A program made the translations under genes and the position numbers. A stretch of DNA of 36,157 bases, taken from positions 1-36,157 of the forward strand of contig SKTA01000071.1 in the NCBI GenBank assembly GCA_007122745.1. Reading direction: 5' to 3'. The first letter of the stretch is position 1; each line of letters begins with the position of its first letter. Of this stretch, positions 1 to 6,488 are shown in pieces. Below the pieces are notes generated by a model, which searched no databases, had not been told where the DNA came from, and saw only the letters and a list, made by a program, of their open reading frames with translations. The DNA is from Bacteroidales bacterium. GTDB lineage: Bacteria; Bacteroidota; Bacteroidia; Bacteroidales; UBA7960.

Positions 1-1217
1 ATTATATCCAGTTCAGCATCCGATATACCGCTGCGCGCCTTAAAGCCATCATACCAAATATCAAAAGGCTCCAAATCCCGTCCCAACCTGCTTGCAATCA
101 ACCCGCCAACCTCTTTCATTACAGGGGAGCTAACCAGTTCGATAAAAACGGCTTCAACCTCCTCCATGCTCATTTCCAACCCTTGCTCGAAAGCGCGTTC
201 AATTGCTGTCGGATAGTTGGGCGCATAAGGGTCAGCCGCTTTCCTGGCATGGAAATTCTCCAGTAAATGGTTGTAGCGGGTGTCAGGCTCGGGTTCGGTT
301 GATAGGATTTCCCCCTCGAGGTGCACCTCATTTGTGAAAGGGTTCCATTTTACCTTGTCGTTGTTGATCACCTTTTCCGGAATGCTTTGATCGATGATGC
401 GTTGCATCACCTGGTAGATTATGCTTTGTTTTTTAAACCCCTCTACGGTACCGTCATAGTTTGCCTTCAGTTCATCACGCAGCCCCCAGTGTGTGATCAG
501 GCGCAAATGATCCGGAAACAGTTGCTCTCCCTTATCGTTGACCAGCTGCCCCATGATGATGTTGTATTCCGAAACATAGTTGTCCGCTTCGGTTCCGACA
601 CGCGAAATATGCTGTGTGACTTCGGCAGGAATGCGTGAGGTGAACACATCGCCCATCCGGGCATAAGCCCAATCAAGACGCCCCAAATCCTGACCGAGTT
701 CATTCTTTTCTTCAAGAGAATAAAAAGGAAAATTCAGAACGGTCAGAAAAGCGATTTTGTTTTTGTAAAAGTCTTCCGCAAGGTGTGCAGCAGGTGCATA
801 GCTGCCAAACATCACATCAACAGGCTGAATCGGTCCCCAGTCGAGATGAAGCGGCTTGGTAAGCTCCAGCATCATTTGGTTAAAATGGCCCCAGATGTAC
901 TCGTAATTGCGCGACAACTTGTTGAAAAGCTCCTTTCGTTGTTCCTGATCGGCAATATAGCTTTCCAGACAGAAACGTTTGTAATCCTCTGTGCTACCAT
1001 CCTGCTCTGTCCATAACGCAGCAACCTGGGTGGCGCCAAGATGTATCATTTCCTTGTTCTCCACGCCATGCTCCTTAACCAAATCCTTGACCACCTGTTC
1101 CACAGCTTTATCAGATATAATACCCATAGTTATAGTTTGTTTTCTGTTGCTGTCTGTCGTACATCCTGCTGAGAACAACATAACAGCAATTGTGATTAGA
1201 CTCAGTAATTTTTTCAT
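1..1217 (-). CDS. Hypothetical lipoprotein, C-terminally truncated by the window edge (first 405 codons present)
   Basis: Absent from the supplied ORF track because it runs off the edge. Hand translation of the minus strand from the ATG at 1217 gives 405 codons with no stop: MKKLLSLITIAVMLFSAGCTTDSNRKQTITMGIISDKAVEQVVKDLVKEHG...WGLRDELKANYDG...DIWYDGFKARSGISDAELDI. It has a signal peptide with lipobox LFSAGC. I do not recognise the family. The three + strand track ORFs here (321-638, 783-1016, 991-1263) are shadows of this gene. Confidence 0.75.
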   Translation of the reverse strand, partial: MKKLLSLITIAVMLFSAGCTTDSNRKQTITMGIISDKAVEQVVKDLVKEHGVENKEMIHLGATQVAALWTEQDGSTEDYKRFCLESYIADQEQRKELFNKLSRNYEYIWGHFNQMMLELTKPLHLDWGPIQPVDVMFGSYAPAAHLAEDFYKNKIAFLTVLNFPFYSLEEKNELGQDLGRLDWAYARMGDVFTSRIPAEVTQHISRVGTEADNYVSEYNIIMGQLVNDKGEQLFPDHLRLITHWGLRDELKANYDGTVEGFKKQSIIYQVMQRIIDQSIPEKVINNDKVKWNPFTNEVHLEGEILSTEPEPDTRYNHLLENFHARKAADPYAPNYPTAIERAFEQGLEMSMEEVEAVFIELVSSPVMKEVGGLIASRLGRDLEPFDIWYDGFKARSGISDAELDI

Positions 1218-1430
1218 GACTGTCTTTTGTTTTTTTGTAATAATTGTGATTATTCATCTGTGAATAACCATATCGGAGCAAAAATAAACAAAAGCATCAT
1301 ATGTTTCTAATACATCTGCATCAAAAAGAAAAACCTGTTTCGACCGATTGGTTTTTGTCATATATCAATCATCAAAACAGAAATCATCTGATAACTTATT
1401 AAATATCAAACAAATCTTGTGTCGCTATTG

Positions 1431-1462
1431 TTTGTATAGTATATGCAAAATAGTTACATTTG
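1431..1462 (+). promoter_or_regulatory. Candidate Bacteroidota sigma-A promoter for the encapsulin operon (-33 TTTG at 1431-1434, -7 TACATTTG at 1455-1462)
   Basis: TTTG, a 20-nt spacer, then TAcaTTTG. This matches the Bacteroides -33/-7 consensus (TTTG-N19-21-TAnnTTTG). It predicts a 5' UTR of about 100 nt before the ATG at 1574. Motif match only. Confidence 0.4.
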
Positions 1463-1467
1463 CATAT
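1441..1467. promoter_or_regulatory. Perfect 9-bp inverted repeat ATATGCAAA-N9-TTTGCATAT, operator-like, overlapping the candidate promoter
   Basis: Left arm at 1441-1449 and right arm at 1459-1467, exact reverse complements with a 9-nt spacer. The left arm lies between the -33 and -7 boxes. The right arm overlaps the -7 box and the predicted transcription start. Confidence 0.45.
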
Positions 1468-1573
1468 GCCTGATTTTATGAAGTGTAAAACAAATCAGAT
1501 TATACCGACTGATTTTAAGGCATCAAAAAATCATTCAATTTAAAACAATCATAACAATTAAAAACAATTTATT

Positions 1574-1936
1574 ATGTCAGCTTATCACGAACCAGCAGAT
1601 GAATTATCACAAGAGGCACGAAATTTCTCACGTGCACTCAACAGTTTAAAGGAGGAAATTGAGGCGGTAGACTGGTACCACCAGCGTGTTGTTACCAGCA
1701 ACGACCCCGACCTGAAAGCCATTATGGCGCACAATCGCGATGAAGAGATTGAGCATGCCTGCATGGCACTCGAGTGGCTGCGTCGCAATATGCCCGGTTG
1801 GGATGAAGAATTGCGTAACTGGCTGTTCAAAGAGGGCGAAATCATGGGAAGTCATGGACACGATCACGATGACCATGACCACGGTGATCATGCTAGTGGC
1901 TCAGATTCATTAGGAATTGGAAAAATTAATAAGTAA
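1574..1936 (+). CDS. Encapsulated ferritin-like protein (EncFtn/Flp), encapsulin cargo
   Basis: The 120-aa protein has a helical ferritin-like core with LKEEIEAVDWYH and an ExxH ferroxidase-type motif (DEEIEH). A His/Asp-rich tract follows, then a C-terminal SLGIGKINK resembling the Family-1 cargo-loading peptide (LGIG core). It sits 12 nt upstream of the shell gene. Confidence 0.88.
   Translation: MSAYHEPADELSQEARNFSRALNSLKEEIEAVDWYHQRVVTSNDPDLKAIMAHNRDEEIEHACMALEWLRRNMPGWDEELRNWLFKEGEIMGSHGHDHDDHDHGDHASGSDSLGIGKINK
1904..1933 (+). other. C-terminal encapsulin targeting (cargo-loading) peptide DSLGIGKINK
   Basis: These are the last 10 codons of the EncFtn ORF. The hydrophobic/Gly pattern is similar to known Family-1 targeting peptides. 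Confidence 0.7.
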
Positions 1937-1947
1937 AGGAGGACAAT

Positions 1948-2739
1948 ATGGATATTTTAAGAAAATCAATGGCGCCGATTTCGGATGCCGCATGGGAAGA
2001 GATCAATGAGACAGCTGTAGAAGTTCTCACTTCTGTTCTTTCCGGACGTAAATTTTTGGATATAGAAGGACCTAAAGGCTGGGACTATGCCGCTTTATCA
2101 ACAGGGCGCATTCAGGTTCCTGCAAATCAGAAAGGTGCTGTGAAATATGGCACACATCAGGTGTTGCCCCTGGTAGAGGCAAGAGTTCCTTTTGAGTTGA
2201 ACATCTGGGAACTGGATAATGTTGCCCGTGGTGCCGAAGACATTGACCTTGAAGCAATGGAGGATGCCGCCAGGGAGATTGCAAAGTTTGAAGAAACAGC
2301 AATCTATGAAGGCTTTAAAGCCGGTCAGATTGCCGGATTAAAACAAAGATCCGATTATGATGTCATGCCCTTTCCCCAGGTCGGTGAAGAGATTGCCGGT
2401 GCAATCGCTACAGCAGTATCAAAGCTGAAGGCCAACTCTATAGAAGGCCCATACTCGTTGGTGCTTAATACCGAAAAGTGGCAGCAGGTAAATGCATACG
2501 TAAAGGGGTATCCGCTGCGCAAACAGTTGGAGAGCCTTTTAGGTGGCAGCATCATCATGGCGCCTTATGTGAAGGATTCTTATCTGGTATCGGAGCGTGG
2601 AGGAGACTTCCGCCTGGTGCTCGGTCAAGACCTCTCAATTGGTTATGAATCTCACAACAATAAAACAGTACAGCTCTATTTTACAGAGTCTTTCACCTTC
2701 CAGGTGATTGATCCTGCAGCAGTGCTTGTACTTAAATAG
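1948..2739 (+). CDS. Family 1 encapsulin nanocompartment shell protein (linocin M18-like, HK97 fold)
   Basis: The 263-aa protein has blocks I recognise from Thermotoga maritima-type encapsulin: GRKFLDIEGPKGWDYAA, IWELDN, IEGPYSLVLNTEKW, VSERGGDFRLVLGQDLSIGYE and FTESFTFQVIDPAAVLVL. AAGGAGG lies 5 nt upstream of the ATG. Confidence 0.95.
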   Translation: MDILRKSMAPISDAAWEEINETAVEVLTSVLSGRKFLDIEGPKGWDYAALSTGRIQVPANQKGAVKYGTHQVLPLVEARVPFELNIWELDNVARGAEDIDLEAMEDAAREIAKFEETAIYEGFKAGQIAGLKQRSDYDVMPFPQVGEEIAGAIATAVSKLKANSIEGPYSLVLNTEKWQQVNAYVKGYPLRKQLESLLGGSIIMAPYVKDSYLVSERGGDFRLVLGQDLSIGYESHNNKTVQLYFTESFTFQVIDPAAVLVLK

Positions 2740-2767
2740 CAGTTTTTATCAATAGGTTTTGGTTTTG

Positions 2768-2798
2768 AAGGAGGGCTTTTTACAGGTCCTCCTTTTTT
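2768..2798 (+). terminator. Rho-independent terminator after the encapsulin operon
   Basis: The AAGGAGG(GC) arm at 2768-2776 pairs with (GT)CCTCCTT at 2786-2794, including one G-U pair. The loop is 9 nt and a T6 tract (2793-2798) follows. Confidence 0.6.
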
Positions 2799-2871
2799 GA
2801 TGTCCGGCCCTGATTAGGGTGGATTCTGTCGACTATTGGTTTAATTAATGCCAACTTGCCCGGGAATTGTT

Positions 2872-2879
2872 TAAATTTG
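2872..2879 (+). promoter_or_regulatory. Candidate -7 promoter box TAAATTTG upstream of the T9SS cargo gene
   Basis: Exact TAnnTTTG match 47 nt upstream of the start at 2926. There is no good -33 TTTG at the expected spacing. Confidence 0.3.
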
Positions 2880-2925
2880 AACTGTTTGAAACTTTAATAA
2901 CATATGTATTACCTGGTAAAAAGGA

Positions 2926-5172
2926 GTGATTTTGGACAAAAGAGACATTCTTCTGATTCTGTTTTTGCTTTTTGTTTCCCCGGGGTTACAGGCTTTCAGT
3001 GATGGCAGGGACAAGTCTGAGAAACTGGGCCGGAAAAACGAAAAAACCACCTCCTTTTCACAGCTTCAGGAAGACCTGATTCTATTTGAGTCTTTTGAAG
3101 AAGAAGGGGTGTTCCCACCGGTAGGATGGACCTACGTCAACGGAGAACCTGGAGCCTATTGGCAACAGAACAACATCTATTCCTATGACGGTGATTTATC
3201 AGCCCGCGCCTATCAGGGCTATCAGTCAAACTACCAGGCCAATGAATGGCTTATCACCCCTCAAATCGACTTTGATAATCCTGCAGCCCGGTGGCTGACC
3301 TTTTTTGGTTTTACCCACAGCGAACCGGACGGCGTGAGAGAAAAGTTGCACATTATGGCTGTCGATCAGGTTTATGATAACGTGGAAACCCTGTATGATA
3401 ATGCCATTATTTTGGATGTGGTTTCGTTAGGATACCCCTGGGCAGAATACATCATAGATATGAGTCAGCTTAGCGGAGAAATGCACCTCGCTTTCGTGTA
3501 TCTGGTCCGGGAGGAAGACGAAACATCATTTGCGTGGCTTTATCTGGATAAAGTGAAGGTCGGCAATTTCGATATCCATACACTCACCATGGAGGCTCCT
3601 GAGGGAGATGGATCGACCAATCCTGCCCCGGGTCAACACCCATATGTAGATGGACGCACAGTTGTTTTACAGGCCATTCCCGATTATGGTTGGGACTTCA
3701 GCCACTGGGAAGGAGATGTCCATGAGCCATATAACATGAACACGATGATACTCATGGATGAGGATAAAACTGTAAAAGCGCATTTTACGCCTCTTGAACC
3801 CTATCCGGTTCCCTTTTTTGAAGATTTTTCGGGATTGACAATCTCAGCAATACCTGTAGGATGGACCAAAACCCATCCGAACTGGGGTGCATGGCCAACA
3901 ACCAACGCCGGAGGTGCCCGTCCCGAAATGCGCTTTCATTGGAATCCCTCCTCCGATGACAATCTGTTTCGTCTGACAACCCGCCCAATTAATGCAGGCC
4001 AGGCATCTGAACTTATGCTCGAATTCAGACATTTTGTGAATGATTTTCTTGGAAATTACATACTTAAGGTTCAGTCTTCTACCGACACAATACACTGGAA
4101 CGATGAGTGGGCTCACTATATGAAATCTTCCGCAAGGGAGGGTGAAAAGCCTGCTAAAAGGCAACTTGGCAGAGACCATGGCCCGGAAGTGGTGACCGTT
4201 AACCTGAATCACCTGACCGGAGAGGAGGCGTTTTATATTGCTTTTGTTTTTGAAGGCGATAACAGCCGGATCAATTCCTGGTTTATTGATGATGTTTTCA
4301 TTGGAGACACGCAACCCTATTACACTGTCAACTTTCTGGTAAAAAACAAACTGGATGGTGAACCAATAGGTGGTGTGCTGATTGGTATTGAAAACACCGG
4401 TCTTTACACCCATACCAACAACAATGGCTTTGCCTCTTTTGAATTGACTTCAGGAAGCTATAAAGCTTTGTTAAGCAAAGAAGAGTTTAATAACAAAGAG
4501 ATCCCTTTTGTTGTGGAGGAGGAAAATTTACTTATTGAGGTTGAAATGGAACCGGTGGATTATTCTCATAATGTAATTTTTAATGTAAACATGGGTGATG
4601 CGGTGTTTGGCGATGGGAACATTGCTTTTGATCCCGATGCAAATCATCAGGTGTATGTTGCCGGCTCTTTTGTGGGAGACTGGATCACGCCGGGCGAAAA
4701 CCCGGATTACAGGCTAAATCCCAGGCCTGAAAATCCTGACATGTATACCGTTACCTTGCAGCTGAATAAAGATACTTACGAATATAAATATTTTGTAGTT
4801 TTGGATGAACAGCCGGGATGGGACTACGGAGAATGGGAGGGAGAACCAAACCGGACAGTGGTGGTTTTGGGTCCTGACGTGGTCAGTGATGTGTGGGGGG
4901 ACCAGCCGGTTGACACGGACGATCCCGACTTTTTTCACAACCAGATCACTGTGTTTCCCAATCCGGCTCATCACCATGTGCATTTAAAGGTTGATAATCC
5001 GGATGGACTGAGTTATGTGTTGTTTGACATGAACGGTGGAAAGCTTAATGCTGAAAAACTTTCCGCATACAAAACCTCCATCCCGGTTTATAACCTGAGT
5101 ACAGGTACCTATTTGATCAAAATCATGAAAGGTCAAAAGGACATAAAGAACGTTTTGATCATCAAAAAATAA
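2926..5172 (+). CDS. Secreted multidomain protein with a T9SS type-A C-terminal sorting domain (InlB-B-like repeat, CarboxypepD_reg-like and CBM/E-set-like beta-sandwich modules)
   Basis: 748 aa with signal peptide LLILFLLFVSPGLQA. HTLTMEAPEGDGSTNPAPGQHPYVDGRTVVLQAIPDYGWDFSHWEGDV resembles the Listeria-Bacteroides (InlB B) repeat. YTVNFLVKNKLDGEPIGGVLIGIE...GFASFEL resembles a carboxypeptidase-regulatory-like domain. VYVAGSF...YTVTLQLNKDTYEYKYFVV resembles a CBM20/E-set-like domain. The C-terminus is ITVFPNPAHHHVHLKV...GTYLIKIMKG...VLIIKK. The start is GTG 2926 or TTG 2932. Confidence 0.8.
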   Translation: MILDKRDILLILFLLFVSPGLQAFSDGRDKSEKLGRKNEKTTSFSQLQEDLILFESFEEEGVFPPVGWTYVNGEPGAYWQQNNIYSYDGDLSARAYQGYQSNYQANEWLITPQIDFDNPAARWLTFFGFTHSEPDGVREKLHIMAVDQVYDNVETLYDNAIILDVVSLGYPWAEYIIDMSQLSGEMHLAFVYLVREEDETSFAWLYLDKVKVGNFDIHTLTMEAPEGDGSTNPAPGQHPYVDGRTVVLQAIPDYGWDFSHWEGDVHEPYNMNTMILMDEDKTVKAHFTPLEPYPVPFFEDFSGLTISAIPVGWTKTHPNWGAWPTTNAGGARPEMRFHWNPSSDDNLFRLTTRPINAGQASELMLEFRHFVNDFLGNYILKVQSSTDTIHWNDEWAHYMKSSAREGEKPAKRQLGRDHGPEVVTVNLNHLTGEEAFYIAFVFEGDNSRINSWFIDDVFIGDTQPYYTVNFLVKNKLDGEPIGGVLIGIENTGLYTHTNNNGFASFELTSGSYKALLSKEEFNNKEIPFVVEEENLLIEVEMEPVDYSHNVIFNVNMGDAVFGDGNIAFDPDANHQVYVAGSFVGDWITPGENPDYRLNPRPENPDMYTVTLQLNKDTYEYKYFVVLDEQPGWDYGEWEGEPNRTVVVLGPDVVSDVWGDQPVDTDDPDFFHNQITVFPNPAHHHVHLKVDNPDGLSYVLFDMNGGKLNAEKLSAYKTSIPVYNLSTGTYLIKIMKGQKDIKNVLIIKK
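4930..5169 (+). other. T9SS type-A C-terminal sorting domain (Por secretion tail)
   Basis: The last 80 aa are FFHNQITVFPNPAHHHVHLKVDNPDGLSYVLFDMNGGKL...LSTGTYLIKIMKGQKDIKNVLIIKK. This fits the vyPNPa...l.iyd..G..v....l..G.Y.v.v......K.vi.k pattern. Confidence 0.75.
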
Positions 5173-5212
5173 CCAAAACAATTAACAACCCATAATTAAA
5201 AAAACATCAACA

Positions 5213-6454
5213 ATGAAAAAAACTGTTGTTTTGTTTTTGCTGGCATCCTTTGTCTGCTTAAGCCTTCATGCGCAGTCACCTAAAGGTTTCAACTATCAGG
5301 CAGTGGCGCGCGATATTTCCGGAGAGATACTCGCTGACCAGGGCGTGGGTCTGCAAATCGACATTTTGCAGGGATCAATTGAAGGAGAAGCGGTTTACCG
5401 GGAAGTATTTTTTCCTGTAACCAATGAGTTTGGACTGATCAATATAGTTGTTGGAAGCGGAAGTGTGCTTTATGGCAACTTTGAGGAAATTGACTGGTCT
5501 CAGGGCCCCTGCTTTATTCAGATACATCTTGATCCGGATGGGGGTTCAGATTTTGCCGAGATGGGCACCAGCCAACTCCTCAGCGTACCCTATGCCCTGC
5601 ATGCATCAACCTCTGCCGACAGCTTCAGTGGAGATTATCAAGATCTTGAAAACTTGCCAGACCTTGACAATATGGTATTGCTTCATAATCCCCAGTCGGG
5701 AGATATGTTGTATTATTCCGGTGAAAACTGGGAAGCGATACCGATTGGTGAAGAGGGGCAGGTACTGACCATTGTTGACGGGTTGATACAGTGGGCTGAT
5801 CCGGAGCATGATCCGGGCAATACCGTGACCGATATTGACGGAAACGTGTATCAGATTGTTGAGATTGATGGCGTTGAATGGATGGCTGAAAACCTGAAAG
5901 TGACAACCTACCGCAACGGTGATCCCATCCCGAATGTAACCGCAAACAGTGATTGGGCAGCCCTCGAAACGGGTGCCTATGCTGCTTACAACAACAACAT
6001 CGCTCATGTGGAAACTTATGGATATCTCTATAACTGGTATGCTGTTGATGACGAGAGAGAACTTTGTCCGGAAGGATGGCGGGTCCCTTCCGATGAGGAA
6101 TTTGAAGACTTCATGAACTTTCTGGATCCCAATGGCAGCATCAACGACAACAATGCTTCAGGAAAGATCAAAGCTACCGGCACTTTGGGCGACGGAGAAG
6201 GGGGGTTATGGTCACCGCCGAATACCGGAGCTGTTGACCAATATGGGTTTTCCGCACTTCCTGCCGGGGGCAGGTTTTCCAACGGAAACTTTGCAGGCAT
6301 GAATGCCCTGACCTATTTTTGGTCTGCCACACCCACACCTTCCGAAATACTTCAAAGGGCCTGGATTTGGTACATGAGCTACAACAGCGACACGTTTTAC
6401 CGCAACAACTATTCACGCAAAGAAGGATATAGCATCCGCTGTATTAAAGACTGA
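5213..6454 (+). CDS. Secreted protein with a C-terminal FISUMP (Fibrobacter succinogenes major paralogous, TIGR02145-like) domain
   Basis: 413 aa with signal peptide MKKTVVLFLLASFVCLSLHAQ. The C-terminal half reads DIDGNVYQIVEIDGVEWMAENLKVTTYRNGDPI...YGYLYNWYAV...LCPEGWRVPSDEEFEDF...GFSALPAGGR...YFWSAT...GYSIRCIKD. Confidence 0.85.
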   Translation: MKKTVVLFLLASFVCLSLHAQSPKGFNYQAVARDISGEILADQGVGLQIDILQGSIEGEAVYREVFFPVTNEFGLINIVVGSGSVLYGNFEEIDWSQGPCFIQIHLDPDGGSDFAEMGTSQLLSVPYALHASTSADSFSGDYQDLENLPDLDNMVLLHNPQSGDMLYYSGENWEAIPIGEEGQVLTIVDGLIQWADPEHDPGNTVTDIDGNVYQIVEIDGVEWMAENLKVTTYRNGDPIPNVTANSDWAALETGAYAAYNNNIAHVETYGYLYNWYAVDDERELCPEGWRVPSDEEFEDFMNFLDPNGSINDNNASGKIKATGTLGDGEGGLWSPPNTGAVDQYGFSALPAGGRFSNGNFAGMNALTYFWSATPTPSEILQRAWIWYMSYNSDTFYRNNYSRKEGYSIRCIKD

Positions 6455-6488
6455 TGCGTGTTCAGCCGTTAAAAAAGGGCTTGGCCAA

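Noticed and set aside
321-1263. Three + strand track ORFs (321-638, 783-1016, 991-1263) and the 72-aa minus-strand ORF at 497-715
   Set aside because: All overlap a much longer uninterrupted minus-strand frame (1-1217) that has a clean lipoprotein signal. Their translations are low-quality, Cys/His/Arg-rich or hydrophobic nonsense, typical of shadow frames.
1390-1407. Fur-box-like AT-rich element GATAACTTATTAAATATC upstream of the encapsulin promoter
   Set aside because: Only the GATA...TATC ends are palindromic. The match to the 19-bp Fur consensus is poor, and the region is generally AT-rich. This is not enough to call an iron box.
3844-4413. 189-aa antisense ORF inside the T9SS cargo gene
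   Set aside because: It is entirely nested antisense to a gene with recognisable domains. The translation has no motifs and an odd composition.
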